The position numbers and the translations under genes were made by a program. The notes below the pieces were generated by a model. It was not told where the DNA came from and ran no database searches. It was given only the letters and a program-made list of their open reading frames with translations. Shown here in pieces: positions 46,950 through 58,000 of a DNA stretch of 64,000 bases; position 1 is the stretch's first letter, and every line of letters starts with the position of its first letter. Location of the stretch: assembly GCA_038062895.1 (NCBI GenBank), contig JBBTWJ010000006.1, positions 48,862 to 112,861 on the forward strand, in the 5' to 3' direction. This DNA comes from Patescibacteria group bacterium (GTDB lineage: Bacteria > Patescibacteriota > Microgenomatia > UBA10105 > UBA927).

Positions 46950-49900
46950 CTATTTTCTCAAAAATAGCTTAAGACACAGAAAAAGGATAATAAGTAAACC
47001 AAATCCTGACAGCAATAAACTTCCGTAAAATAACTTCTGAGACGTCATTTCTATGATAAGGGTGTAATCGCTCCGGTTATTCACATCCTCGGGCTTAATA
47101 ACCCATGAATTCGCATATCCGTTTACCGGCAAATGGGACTTTTCTGCGATCGGATCAAATCCCCACGTGTCAAATGTATCCCGGTTCCAAAAATCAATTC
47201 TATGTTTGCCTTCTTGGATCGCTCCGTTTGCATAGCTTGCGACGATCGCATTGCTTCCCTCGGTCGTTTCAGGAATAATTGACTTTGTAACTGATCCTAA
47301 TATGCCTCCCACAACTCTCGCCAGCATGCCTTTTATGGTTTTTGCTTCATGTTCGAGGCTGGGATAAAACAGTTTCCATTTTTGGTTAAATGACTGGGAC
47401 AAGACAAGTGCGTACGGGCCTTTCGCATCCCTCACCTCCACCGTATATTTTGTGGGGTTTATTTGGGTGAACGTGATGCGTGGAATCGCAGAAATAGTGG
47501 ATTGCGGGATGGATTTTAATACGATATTAGGATTATAAATTTTTTGCACAGTCAGATTTTTAATCTCTATTTTCTTAATTGTTTCTTCATCCTGACTCAC
47601 GACATCATCCAAATCCCTCGTGATTTGTAATGAAGCTGAAGAAGCATCTTTTGCGGATAAAACGGCAACCTTAAACTTCCGCCATTCCTTCGACCTGATC
47701 GTTTCCTCATATGCGTCATTCACAAATCTGTTGGTTTCTGTATCACCCTTTTCATGCAAAACCATTAAAAAGTTCTGATCATTGGTCAAATAGTCAAAAG
47801 AAATGGCGTATATTGTATCTCCCTCCCAATTGGGGATGTCACGCAAGAGTCCGCTTGTATCACTTAAAAAGTTATACATTACGGCCAGAGTTACCGGATC
47901 GGTCTCTATCGCTCCTTGTTCTTTCCCTAAGCTTATTTGTTCCGCCACAGTCCAATGCGTTTGTGCGACCAAATTTGGAACTGAACGAATCGAAAGAACC
48001 AGCGGCAATGACTGTTTATTTTCAACTTGCATATCGCTATATTTCAGCCATTCCTCATATTGAGCTTCCATGGGTGATAATTTCATCCCACCAACACTCA
48101 AATCTATTGGAAGATCATCCATGTCGTTCTTATTGACGTATACTTCATATTTTCCATTTGGAAGAGGATTTTCCACAATATACGGAATGTTCCCAACATC
48201 CGGCAAGTCAAGACTCAATGAATTGTGTATATCAATAAACATCCCATCTATTAAACCCGAAAGGTACCGCCTGTCTTCAGTGTTTAACGAAGAATCTTGC
48301 CGTATGGCAGTCCTCAACTTCTCCTTATGCTCCTTTAAATATGTCTTTAATTCGACCTTGCTAGTAGTTCTTGAATATGCGGATTGATTGGTAGAATCTA
48401 TCTCGATAATAATTTTTTTTATCGCTTGTTGATATCGTGCGAGCGTGACCTCCCATGAATTGTATTCACTAAACTTAAAAAACTCCCAGAGCGTTGGCTC
48501 TCTCCACTGTTGAGCGAATTGGGATATGCTCGCAATGTTTCTCCGAAGCGGAGTATCTTTTAGTTCATAGAGTTCGTTGATACGCTTCTCTGCAAAATAG
48601 ATACTCCTGTCAATATACGCATCATTGATGTCTCCGTATCGATTGAGATCCCGTTTTTCACGCAATACGACCAATGGGTAAATGAACGAAGAAAGTTTCC
48701 TCGATACGGTGGGAGAAACAAACCGGTCAGACTTTTTCTTTTTAAAAAAATCAAAAATCGTACTGGTGTTTCTTGCTTTCAAAAGGACGGTATCAAATAA
48801 TTCCTGCCTGGCGTTGAAAATCGTACTGTCGTCAAAGAAGGCTACCCGTTTATCGGTATAAAAAGAAACGGGAGTACTCGCGTTTACCGCAATAACGTCA
48901 CCGGAGTATGCGATACTTTTTGGAGTATAAATATGCGGAATATAGGACGTATCATCGAACTCATAAATATGAAATGTATTGGCAATGGTTTTTATCTCTT
49001 TCACCCCGAGTCCTTTTATGAATTCTTTGTACCCCTCTTGAGTGTCAGGAAAAAAATCACGGGCACGTGTATACGGTAACGCCGGAAAATTATCTCCATA
49101 AATATACGGATCAGCGTTATAAAAAATGTATTTAATATTCAACATAATAAGAATATTTTTTAACTTGGTGTAATTTTTTTCTTTTGCAGCAGCCAGAATA
49201 CTCTCACCAAAAACACCAAGCTCTGCTATGCTGGTAAATTCATTCCTTGCTGCCAAGTATGTGATCGTGGACGGACCGATATATGCTGCATCATTTTCAC
49301 CTTTCAGCACTTGATATCCATGGTCGTTAAGCGGTAACGATAATATCTTGCCATCCACAGGGAGTGACCTGATAAAGGCAAGCACATCTTCATACACCGG
49401 GTCCATTTTTATATGGGACCGGATGTCTTTACTTTGCCAAAGCTTCGTATCTGTCAATTGTCCACTGATAAATTGCCATGAGGTTGAGACCAGGAGAATG
49501 ACGATGAACCCCGTGAGGACATATCTTTCAGCCGCTCTAATTTTTGTAAACACACTGGAGAGAGCCAAACCAACCAGTACCGTGTAAAAAAACAAATACG
49601 CCCATTGCCACTGGCCATAAAAAACACGGAACATGGCAAATCCGGGCAACCGGAACGCCAACTCATACAGCTTCAGTCCGATATGAGTAATATTGGCCGA
49701 AACAAAAAATAGCGTAATGAGAAAAAATATCGTACTTAACAGGTATAGTTTGCTCTTATTCCATAATAATCCCAGCACAAACAGGAGTGGAAAAAGTATA
49801 AAGATCCACCAATAAAATTTTGGCTCCGTATATTGCAACAGGCCGAGCAGCGCATAACTCACTTTGATGGACGGTGCTGTGGCCACGAAATATTTGAGTC

Positions 49901-50720
49901 CCCACTCTAATTTGCCTTGAGCTCCGAAAATAAAATCGCCTAAGAAACTTCCCGGAGTCAATATGCTCACTATTTGCGGTATGAGATGAAATGCCTGCAG
50001 AAGAACAAAAAGCACCAGGCCAACTGCAATTTTTGCTATCGGGATTGATTTCCTTTTTATATATTTGGTGTAAATGCCAAGAAACAGAACTGCGAGCGGG
50101 AAAAAAGAAAAAAATGTGGGAGAACCAATGAAACTAAAATTTGAAGAAAAAATAAATGTCACAAGGAGCGACACCAACAGGTATCTCATACCGCCGGTCA
50201 GAAAAAACCGCAAAAGGAGAAAAAACAATAACGGATTGAGAAAAACTACATTCATGGGCAAAAGTGGATACCCCCACCAATGAATAGGATTTGGAGAAAA
50301 TGTGTAATAAAGACCAGCGAGAATTCCCGATGTCTCTATTATTGATTGATTCGGCCTTACTGCTTCTTCCTCTCCTTTCAGGAGCTCCTTTACTACCAGA
50401 TAACAGGCAAAGAATCCAAGGCTTAGATTGAGCCCATGAAATATCGAAATAACTATTGTCGGGGAATGTACTATTGATTTAATAAATGCCAGGAGCAAAA
50501 AGAATGGAATCGCATAGTAGCTCAAATTTTCTCCCCCGAACGCCGAATGAGAAACGCTATATGTTGACTGGCTCAAAAGATACGCAATGGGATCATAAAA
50601 ATACAGTCTGCTGTTATCTCCTCCTAGATCCATTTCTCCCGGCTTAAGCCAGAAAAACGGAATGAAAAAAATCAGAATGGTTATGACAAAAACCAATAGC
50701 GAATAACGTGATATTTTCAT
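46950..50720 (-). CDS. Large GT-C-like membrane protein with extended extracellular domain
   Basis: LGGDNSRLY, PGFAMFRVFYGQW, INPTKY and VNGYAN motifs; start at ATG 50720 (ATGA overlap). Confidence 0.75.
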   Translation of the reverse strand: MKISRYSLLVFVITILIFFIPFFWLKPGEMDLGGDNSRLYFYDPIAYLLSQSTYSVSHSAFGGENLSYYAIPFFLLLAFIKSIVHSPTIVISIFHGLNLSLGFFACYLVVKELLKGEEEAVRPNQSIIETSGILAGLYYTFSPNPIHWWGYPLLPMNVVFLNPLLFFLLLRFFLTGGMRYLLVSLLVTFIFSSNFSFIGSPTFFSFFPLAVLFLGIYTKYIKRKSIPIAKIAVGLVLFVLLQAFHLIPQIVSILTPGSFLGDFIFGAQGKLEWGLKYFVATAPSIKVSYALLGLLQYTEPKFYWWIFILFPLLFVLGLLWNKSKLYLLSTIFFLITLFFVSANITHIGLKLYELAFRLPGFAMFRVFYGQWQWAYLFFYTVLVGLALSSVFTKIRAAERYVLTGFIVILLVSTSWQFISGQLTDTKLWQSKDIRSHIKMDPVYEDVLAFIRSLPVDGKILSLPLNDHGYQVLKGENDAAYIGPSTITYLAARNEFTSIAELGVFGESILAAAKEKNYTKLKNILIMLNIKYIFYNADPYIYGDNFPALPYTRARDFFPDTQEGYKEFIKGLGVKEIKTIANTFHIYEFDDTSYIPHIYTPKSIAYSGDVIAVNASTPVSFYTDKRVAFFDDSTIFNARQELFDTVLLKARNTSTIFDFFKKKKSDRFVSPTVSRKLSSFIYPLVVLREKRDLNRYGDINDAYIDRSIYFAEKRINELYELKDTPLRRNIASISQFAQQWREPTLWEFFKFSEYNSWEVTLARYQQAIKKIIIEIDSTNQSAYSRTTSKVELKTYLKEHKEKLRTAIRQDSSLNTEDRRYLSGLIDGMFIDIHNSLSLDLPDVGNIPYIVENPLPNGKYEVYVNKNDMDDLPIDLSVGGMKLSPMEAQYEEWLKYSDMQVENKQSLPLVLSIRSVPNLVAQTHWTVAEQISLGKEQGAIETDPVTLAVMYNFLSDTSGLLRDIPNWEGDTIYAISFDYLTNDQNFLMVLHEKGDTETNRFVNDAYEETIRSKEWRKFKVAVLSAKDASSASLQITRDLDDVVSQDEETIKKIEIKNLTVQKIYNPNIVLKSIPQSTISAIPRITFTQINPTKYTVEVRDAKGPYALVLSQSFNQKWKLFYPSLEHEAKTIKGMLARVVGGILGSVTKSIIPETTEGSNAIVASYANGAIQEGKHRIDFWNRDTFDTWGFDPIAEKSHLPVNGYANSWVIKPEDVNNRSDYTLIIEMTSQKLFYGSLLLSGFGLLIILFLCLKLFLRK

Positions 50721-51085
50721 GTTCGTAATTCCTGAATAATTCCAACGATCATAAAGAGAAATAACCAAACGCTAAATTTTTCCGTAGTAACTGACGCAGA
50801 GGAAGAAAAAAAACTAATACCCAATGCCGTCAAGAACAATAAACATAACAAAAAAGTGAGTTTGCTGGTTATATGGGTCATTTTTGCGTATATTCCATAT
50901 GCCGCCAAAACGCCAAACGTTATGACATCCGAGCTGGTTTTGAGAAAGATGCTATCGATAAAAATTGCTCCTACGAGGGACACCAAAATCACTTGTTTAT
51001 TCTGTTCTAAAAAAGTGACTATTTTTCCACGGTACATAGATCTATAAACGATAGCATTCATGACGTAGGACCAGATTCTATTCAT
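50717..51085 (-). CDS. Small multi-TM membrane protein
   Basis: Hydrophobic; SSD and EKFSVWL motifs; paralog of 52980-53336. Confidence 0.7.
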   Translation of the reverse strand: MNRIWSYVMNAIVYRSMYRGKIVTFLEQNKQVILVSLVGAIFIDSIFLKTSSDVITFGVLAAYGIYAKMTHITSKLTFLLCLLFLTALGISFFSSSASVTTEKFSVWLFLFMIVGIIQELRT

Positions 51086-51104
51086 AGGAATAGTGCATTA
51101 TAAA

Positions 51105-52013
51105 CTATCCAGCATGGTGTTCCCACCACCGGCACTCATCTGCATACAGCTTCATACGTTCAAATGTTTCTTTCAGACCTTCCTCAATGGTGTACCGGGG
51201 TGTCCAGCCAGTGAGACGCTTCACCAGGGCTACATCGGCAGTAAAATTCATAGGGCCGGACACGGGCTTTTCCAAATCCTTAATCTTTTTACCGGATAAC
51301 TCCCCGATAATCTGCGCGATGCGACCCACGCTTACCGACTGTCCGGTGCCTAAATTCACCGGGCCGGTATAATCCGTTTCAAGCAGTTTGACGATCGCAT
51401 CAGCAGCATCCGGAGTATAGAGAAAATCACGAACCGGCTTGGTATTCCACAAGGTCACTTCATTTGGCGAAAGCGCCTGTTGGATGAGCGTCGGAACCAA
51501 ATCCGGTCTCACGAGTTTCGTCGGACCATAAATATTACTAAACCGGGCGATGATGCTGGGAATTTTCGAAGCATAAAAACGCACTAACTCCTCCGACAAA
51601 TATTTACTGAATACATAATCATTGATATAGGGATCAGTGGGCTGCGTCTCGTCAACCGGCAACTTCATTTTGTTCACGTCGTACAAGAGAATCGTGGAAA
51701 AACACATGAATTTCTTGATTGTTCTCTTTTGCAGGTAAAAAAGTATTTTTTTAAGAGGAAGGACGTTATACTCAAGTCCCATACTCGGCTTGGTATTAAT
51801 GATGTGGTGGTTAGAGCTGCCAACGAGAAAAATGACCTTGTCAAACTCCAGATCATCCAGAGCCGTCAGGTCATCAAGGCTCGGTAAAAAGACATGCTTG
51901 TTTTTAAGTTGCGCGGACAACGGACTGCGGCCAATGGAAATGATATCCGGATACTTTTCCAAAATGATCGGACCCAGGAAACCACTTCCCCCGAATAATA
52001 CGGTATTACTCAT
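51105..52013 (-). CDS. NAD-dependent epimerase/dehydratase
   Basis: GGSGFLG, YVFSK, NIYGP and RDFLY motifs. Confidence 0.88.
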   Translation of the reverse strand: MSNTVLFGGSGFLGPIILEKYPDIISIGRSPLSAQLKNKHVFLPSLDDLTALDDLEFDKVIFLVGSSNHHIINTKPSMGLEYNVLPLKKILFYLQKRTIKKFMCFSTILLYDVNKMKLPVDETQPTDPYINDYVFSKYLSEELVRFYASKIPSIIARFSNIYGPTKLVRPDLVPTLIQQALSPNEVTLWNTKPVRDFLYTPDAADAIVKLLETDYTGPVNLGTGQSVSVGRIAQIIGELSGKKIKDLEKPVSGPMNFTADVALVKRLTGWTPRYTIEEGLKETFERMKLYADECRWWEHHAG

Positions 52014-52972
52014 ACTTTTGATGAGGCAGCTTCATAGTTCTGTTCAAACCACGAAATAGTTTTTTGTAAGCCCGTTGCCAGATCAAATGCTGGCTTCCAC
52101 TTCAGTTTCTCCTGCATGTGGGTAATATCACATACTTTGCGCAGTGCTCCATCCGGTCCGGACGTATTCCACTTAATCTCTCCAGAGTATCCGGAGATCT
52201 CCTTTATGAGTTCGGCAAGCTCGGCAATTGGCGTTTCCACTCCGGTACCGATGTTGAGGGGCATTTCCTCATCATAACGTTCTGCAGCGCTCAGAACCCC
52301 GTCCGCGGCGTCCTCAACATACAGGAGCTCCCGGATAGCCCGCCCGGATCCTAACACTTCCACAGACGGATCGCTACCACGCTTGGCATCGACAAACTTC
52401 TTGATAAGCGCGGAAGCGACATGGGACCGTTCGATACTAAAGACATCCCGCGGCCCGTACATGTTCGTCAAAAGGAGCGTAATTGAATTGAGGCCATATT
52501 GCTGCCGGTATGCGTTACTGCCTATATACATCGCGCGTTTCGAAAAACCATACGCCTCTACGCTTCTATGCATTGGTCCGTTCATAAACTCCTCCTCACG
52601 GAAATATCCGGTCGGAAGCTCTCCGGGATAGGCGCACGTGGAACCGATGTTTACCAGCTTTTCGGCATGAGATACATGCGCGGCTTTGAGAACATTGATA
52701 TTTATCCTCACATTGGTATCAAAAAGATCCGCAGGGTTTTTCAAAATGTTGAGAAGCCCACTGATAGCTCCTGCACAATTGATGACGAGATCCGGCTTCT
52801 CGCGGAGGAAATAATCGATACTCGCTTTTTCCTGGGTCAGATCAAGTTCCCCGTGCGACGGCGCAAGGAGATGAACGTCGAAACGTTCCAGTTTATCGGT
52901 TATGTGGCTTGCTAAAAATCCGCTTCCGCCTAAAAGGAGTACTTTTTTATTTTGTAATTTCATAATGACCAC
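52010..52972 (-). CDS. fcl: GDP-L-fucose synthase-like epimerase/reductase
   Basis: GGSGFL, GSTCAYP, YGFSK, NMYGPRD and SHV..ALI motifs. Confidence 0.8.
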   Translation of the reverse strand: MVIMKLQNKKVLLLGGSGFLASHITDKLERFDVHLLAPSHGELDLTQEKASIDYFLREKPDLVINCAGAISGLLNILKNPADLFDTNVRININVLKAAHVSHAEKLVNIGSTCAYPGELPTGYFREEEFMNGPMHRSVEAYGFSKRAMYIGSNAYRQQYGLNSITLLLTNMYGPRDVFSIERSHVASALIKKFVDAKRGSDPSVEVLGSGRAIRELLYVEDAADGVLSAAERYDEEMPLNIGTGVETPIAELAELIKEISGYSGEIKWNTSGPDGALRKVCDITHMQEKLKWKPAFDLATGLQKTISWFEQNYEAASSKV

Positions 52973-52979
52973 CGTATAT

Positions 52980-53336
52980 TCATTCTCTCCATTTTTGATA
53001 TATGCCTAAAACCAAAAATAAATACAACCACACCGCAAATCGTTCTACCGCCGGAACCAGCGGCTGATAGAAAAGCAATGGATCTGTCCACAAGTACATC
53101 ACATAGGTCAAAATGAGTAACAATAACGAAAAAAGAAGGGTCACCGTGCTCGTCAGCGCGAAACGCTTAATCAGATAAAAGAAAAATAAGAGTATGCCGA
53201 ATATCCGTATGTCAGAACTGATGGGAAAAAGAATAACATCACCCATGATGAGGACAAAAACCGGTATCAGGAAAAATAATTTATTCTTCTTGATAAAACC
53301 GATGCTTTTCGTGATAAATCCTGTTATTGCCCGCAT
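52980..53336 (-). CDS. Small multi-TM membrane protein
   Basis: SSD and ERFAVWL motifs; paralog of 50717-51085. Confidence 0.7.
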   Translation of the reverse strand: MRAITGFITKSIGFIKKNKLFFLIPVFVLIMGDVILFPISSDIRIFGILLFFFYLIKRFALTSTVTLLFSLLLLILTYVMYLWTDPLLFYQPLVPAVERFAVWLYLFLVLGIYQKWRE

Positions 53337-53367
53337 AGTTATAGAAATACTTTAGATCAATATAGTA

Positions 53368-55779
53368 TCACTTTTTCCTTAAAATGGATGCCCCGTAGAG
53401 CAAAAAAACGCATATCGCCACTATCGAAATGGCAGCACTGTAATAAAATACCCGTTGTTCAACCATCTCGACGATTATTTCATACTGCTCTCTACCCGAA
53501 CTATCTTCTGGCGTGATATACCATGCATTCGCATACCCGTTCACCAAAAAATGCTGATTGTCCGGAATACTTGGCATACCCAATGTTTCAAACGTTTTGG
53601 CATTCAGAAAAATATCATCATGCGCAGACTCGCGAATGCTTCCGTCAAAATAACTCCCATTTACCTGCAACTCTTCACCTTCTTTCTTCGATATATAGAG
53701 CTTCCAGCGAGAGTGATATTTATCAGAAAATACGAGGGTATACGGATTTCGCGCTCCAGATACTTGCACTCTATATTTTGTAGGGTTTATCCGTTTGTAG
53801 GTTACGACCGGCAGACCTCCTGTCGTCTCTATGGCATGTTGTGTACACGTTTGCGCTGTAAATACACTGTCACAAACAGTACGCTCTACAAATGCTACTC
53901 TCGGTTCGCTTAATGGTGTGGTAAAAAATGACGCATAATCCGGCTCTTTTTTCTCTTGCGTATCAAACGGATACACGGTGGCCGGAATATAGAAACGGGG
54001 AAGATATTCTTTCACATCTGCTTCCAATACGCGGTAGTATCCCTGTTCAAATATTTTTGGCCCCGCGATAGACCCAACCAAATCCGCAAGCGCCTTGTCA
54101 TCCGGAACAGCTTCAAGAAATAGTCCGTATGGGAAGGCGGGAAAAAATTGCTTATACGCCTTCGGGTCTGCGCTATAAAAAATATATTTGACGTTGAGCA
54201 AACCGAGTAAACGTCTGACCGCACCATAATTTTTATCTTTAATTAATTGAAGAAATAAATTGGAAAAAGGAGCAATATCCTGATATCCGCTATAATCGTG
54301 TCTTCCGGTAAGGTATGCAGTAGGAGATACGCCGATATATGCCCCGTTATTCGTCCCTGCGATAAGCTGATATGCGTAATCGGTAAACGGAAAATTAATG
54401 ATTTTTCCATCGTCCGGTATTGCTTTAAGGAATGCAAGCGATTGTTCATAATCTGGATTTATTTTCATAATGTTCGTCATATTGTTTGAACCCCAAAGAG
54501 GCGCTTTGAGAAGGTCACCACTGATAAACGTCCAACTGCTGTAGATAAAAAATCCGGCGATGATGACCGACAACACATAGACAGAACGTAAACGTAATTT
54601 AGCAAATACTACGAAAGACAAATAGCCGAATAATACCGAATAAAAAAATGCATAGACCCATTGCCACTGACCATAAAACACCCGGAACATACCAAATCCA
54701 GGGATGGAGAATAGCTTCCTATAGATCTCCACGCCAAGTTGGGTGATATTAGCCGATGTCAAAAACAGCGTGACGAAAAAAAATGAAGTCAGAAGGGCAA
54801 GGTCTCTCCCGATCCGTTTACTCAACAAATATCCCAGAATTATCATAAGAGGCACCGCTAAGGTGGCCCATCGAACCTCGGGCAAGGAATACGTATAAAA
54901 TATGTTTTTACTCACCTTGCCAAGACCCAACACCGCATTAAAATAATTTAATCCTTCATTTTTCGCAGCCGTTGCTTCGAGCAGTCGCTGGCCTAAATAG
55001 CTGCTTTTATCAAACGTATAGGAAACTACCGGAATGATGTGAAACGCATGGATACCCAAAAAGAGAATGACCCCAATGAATATATATTTCCAGGGTAATG
55101 ACTTTTTTATGACAAATTTCACATAGAGAGCCAAAAAACAAAGCGCTAATGGGTAAAAAGCAAAAAGAGGTGGCGGCGCGATTAACGTAAAATTCGGAGA
55201 AAAAAGAAAGGTGACCAATAGTGTGAGCCACAAATATTTAGCGTTATCCGTAAACAAAAATTTCATTATCAGATAAAACATCACGGGGTTGAGGAATACC
55301 TGGTTATGCGTGAGAAGTGCCGCATGCATATTAGCCCCGACACTCGGAGAGAACGTATAAAAAAGTCCGGCCAATATTCCGGCTAAATCAGCTTGCGACT
55401 CCTTCGATTTGTCAACATGAGGCTTGAGCATCTCAACGACGATAAGATAGACAAAGAAAAAAGCCCCGACGAGCTTAAGCGCGTTTGATACATTGATCAG
55501 AAGATACGGCGAATGGAAAATGGAATCGATTATTTTAAGTACAAAAAGATAGGGGATAAGATTCTGATTCGGAGCTACTACGCCGTTATTGCCGGGTTGA
55601 ACGCTATATAAGCTCGTCGATCGCAGGAACGCTCCTGGGTCATATAAATACAACCTGCTACTGTCCCCCCCTAACTCCAACTCGCCGGGCTTGAGCCAAA
55701 GAAAAGGAAGAAGAAATAAAAGGATACAAATTACCCAAAGCGTTATTTTTACCCTGAAAATCGACGCATAACTTGCCAT
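53368..55779 (-). CDS. GT-C-like membrane protein, paralog of 46950-50720
   Basis: LGGDSSRLY, PGFGMFRVFYGQW, INPTKY and VNGYAN motifs. Confidence 0.75.
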   Translation of the reverse strand: MASYASIFRVKITLWVICILLFLLPFLWLKPGELELGGDSSRLYLYDPGAFLRSTSLYSVQPGNNGVVAPNQNLIPYLFVLKIIDSIFHSPYLLINVSNALKLVGAFFFVYLIVVEMLKPHVDKSKESQADLAGILAGLFYTFSPSVGANMHAALLTHNQVFLNPVMFYLIMKFLFTDNAKYLWLTLLVTFLFSPNFTLIAPPPLFAFYPLALCFLALYVKFVIKKSLPWKYIFIGVILFLGIHAFHIIPVVSYTFDKSSYLGQRLLEATAAKNEGLNYFNAVLGLGKVSKNIFYTYSLPEVRWATLAVPLMIILGYLLSKRIGRDLALLTSFFFVTLFLTSANITQLGVEIYRKLFSIPGFGMFRVFYGQWQWVYAFFYSVLFGYLSFVVFAKLRLRSVYVLSVIIAGFFIYSSWTFISGDLLKAPLWGSNNMTNIMKINPDYEQSLAFLKAIPDDGKIINFPFTDYAYQLIAGTNNGAYIGVSPTAYLTGRHDYSGYQDIAPFSNLFLQLIKDKNYGAVRRLLGLLNVKYIFYSADPKAYKQFFPAFPYGLFLEAVPDDKALADLVGSIAGPKIFEQGYYRVLEADVKEYLPRFYIPATVYPFDTQEKKEPDYASFFTTPLSEPRVAFVERTVCDSVFTAQTCTQHAIETTGGLPVVTYKRINPTKYRVQVSGARNPYTLVFSDKYHSRWKLYISKKEGEELQVNGSYFDGSIRESAHDDIFLNAKTFETLGMPSIPDNQHFLVNGYANAWYITPEDSSGREQYEIIVEMVEQRVFYYSAAISIVAICVFLLYGASILRKK

Positions 55780-55784
55780 ACAAT

Positions 55785-56942
55785 TTATGCAAAAGAAAAC
55801 ATGGAAGGATAAATTTTTTTGTAATAAAATTTCTGACTCAACGTATAAGCATTCTTACTATAAAAAGAATATCTCGAAATAATTTTTTTGACCGCCTCAA
55901 CAAAAGCACGGGGATCTTTAGAGTTGATAACAATGCCAGCCTCTGTTTTTTCCACTTCTTCGGCAAATTCTAATATATCCGTGGTAATAACGGGCATCCC
56001 CAAACTCAAATAGCGTTTGATCTTCCCAGGATCACCGTAATGTGAAACGTTACTTACGTCAGAATCGTATGTGGCGATACCAATCGAACATTTTTTCAAA
56101 ACTTCATTGAACGACTCTCCCTCTAAATATCCGTAGAAGGTAGTATTTATTTTTGATTTTTTAGCCCTTTCTTTAATGTAATTCTCATCAGGACCTGATC
56201 CAATAATCTCATATCCTACATCTCCAAATTCATCCAGCAACGTATCATCATTGTCAAAAACAGTGACGACCCCTTGACTCTTTTTTAGCACGCCGATAAA
56301 CCCAAACACGATTCTATCGGGCTTATACTTCTTTATGAACGGAAATCTATCAGTCCCAATCGGTATAATTTTATGCTTTGCGTTTTTCTGAAAAATACCT
56401 ATATCTTTCCGTAAATTTAACAGGCGTCGGTTTACAAACGTAACTGTGTCCGAATAAGAACTAATTTTATCGAATTGCCAATAAATAAAACGCATCAACA
56501 TCACGATTTTATTTTCATGTAGCGGAGGATAATAATCCCATACCCAAAATATAGTTTTATCAACAACTCCAATTCCCTTCAAAAGACTTCCTATCCAAGC
56601 GGTGAAGGCATTAACCGTAAAGTATATATCTATAGAATTGTATTTCATCCTCAACCAAGATGAAAATAGAATCACTTCCAAACAGGTAATGATGGATCGT
56701 ATCGGAATTAACAAAAATACAAATTTTTGAATGAGGGGTATTTGAAATAATGAAAATGTCCTCTGAAGGTTACCGTCAAAATATATCTCGAGTGTATTAT
56801 AATTTCTTTTGTTCCGTAAATTATGAAAACCAATAGAAAAAACAAAAACTTTCTGAAAATTTTCTACTATATAATCCAAAATTTTCCCAGAATTTTCATA
56901 CGGAGAATAATTTACATATATAATGGATTTGCTTCTTCTCAT
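55785..56942 (-). CDS. Glycosyltransferase family 4-like
   Basis: FIGVLKKSQG and PGKIKRYLSLGMPVI motifs. Confidence 0.8.
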   Translation of the reverse strand: MRRSKSIIYVNYSPYENSGKILDYIVENFQKVFVFSIGFHNLRNKRNYNTLEIYFDGNLQRTFSLFQIPLIQKFVFLLIPIRSIITCLEVILFSSWLRMKYNSIDIYFTVNAFTAWIGSLLKGIGVVDKTIFWVWDYYPPLHENKIVMLMRFIYWQFDKISSYSDTVTFVNRRLLNLRKDIGIFQKNAKHKIIPIGTDRFPFIKKYKPDRIVFGFIGVLKKSQGVVTVFDNDDTLLDEFGDVGYEIIGSGPDENYIKERAKKSKINTTFYGYLEGESFNEVLKKCSIGIATYDSDVSNVSHYGDPGKIKRYLSLGMPVITTDILEFAEEVEKTEAGIVINSKDPRAFVEAVKKIISRYSFYSKNAYTLSQKFYYKKIYPSMFSFA

Positions 56943-57004
56943 AGGAATGATGGAATGATATCATAATGGTGTTGAAGAATATATCGTATAAACAACAAAA
57001 AACT

Positions 57005-57982
57005 ATGTTAAAAAAGAAAACTGCGTTGGTAACCGGAGCTGGCGGATTTATTGGACATCACCTGGTAAAATTTCTTCAAGAAAAAGGGTATTGGACAAGA
57101 GGTGTTGATCTAAAGAAACCAGAATTCGAAAAAACTTCTGCGGATGAATTCAAACTTCTTGATCTCCGCGAAAAAAATAATGCATTGAAAGCCGTTCAGG
57201 ATATGCAATACGTGTTTAACCTTGCGGCAAATATGGGTGGCGTAGGCTTCATAGAAACAGTTCATGCAGAAATAATGCACGATAACCTTCTGATTGACGC
57301 GAACATGATAGATTCAGCCTATACTGCTCAAGCGGAACGCTACTTCTATTCCTCATCCGCATGCATATATCCTATAAACAAGCAGACAGAAGTTAAAAAC
57401 AACGGACTGAAAGAACATGACGCCTATCCCGCAAATCCGGACAATGAGTACGGTTGGGAAAAAATTCTTGCTGAACGATTATGCCTTAACTATCATCAGG
57501 ATTATAACTTTGAAGCCCGTATTGCTCGATTTCATAATGTCTTCGGACCCTTAGGAACATGGCAGGGAGGAAGAGAAAAATCTCCCGCCGCTCTTTGCAG
57601 AAAAATTGCTCTTGCAAAAAGCGGTGATGAAATAGAAGTATGGGGCGACGGCAAACAAACAAGATCATATTGCTTTATCAATGACTGCCTTGAAGGTGTT
57701 TACAAACTTATGATGTCAGATATCCATGAACCTCTGAACATCGGATCTGATAAAGATATCTCCATTAATGATTTAATTGATACTATCGCCCATATTGCAG
57801 GTAAAAAAATTAAAAAACGATATAACAGGCAAAAACCACAAGGAGTAAGAGGAAGAAACTCAGACAATACATTAATGAACAAATACTTTCACTGGGAGCC
57901 TTCTACATCACTTATAACAGGGTTAACAGAGACATACTCGTGGATCCTAACGCAAATACAACAAGGTAAACTCCAAAAATAG
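57005..57982 (+). CDS. GDP-mannose 3,5-epimerase-like NAD-dependent epimerase
   Basis: GAGGFIG, LAANMGG, SSSACIYP, YGWEK, GGREKSPAALCRK and PQGVRGRNSDN motifs. Confidence 0.85.
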   Translation: MLKKKTALVTGAGGFIGHHLVKFLQEKGYWTRGVDLKKPEFEKTSADEFKLLDLREKNNALKAVQDMQYVFNLAANMGGVGFIETVHAEIMHDNLLIDANMIDSAYTAQAERYFYSSSACIYPINKQTEVKNNGLKEHDAYPANPDNEYGWEKILAERLCLNYHQDYNFEARIARFHNVFGPLGTWQGGREKSPAALCRKIALAKSGDEIEVWGDGKQTRSYCFINDCLEGVYKLMMSDIHEPLNIGSDKDISINDLIDTIAHIAGKKIKKRYNRQKPQGVRGRNSDNTLMNKYFHWEPSTSLITGLTETYSWILTQIQQGKLQK

Positions 57983-58000
57983 GGCTTACATATTTTTTAT

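Noticed and set aside
49601-54690. Short DNA repeats as a diversity-generating retroelement TR/VR pair
   Set aside because: Explained by paralogy of the two membrane-protein genes; no reverse transcriptase in the window
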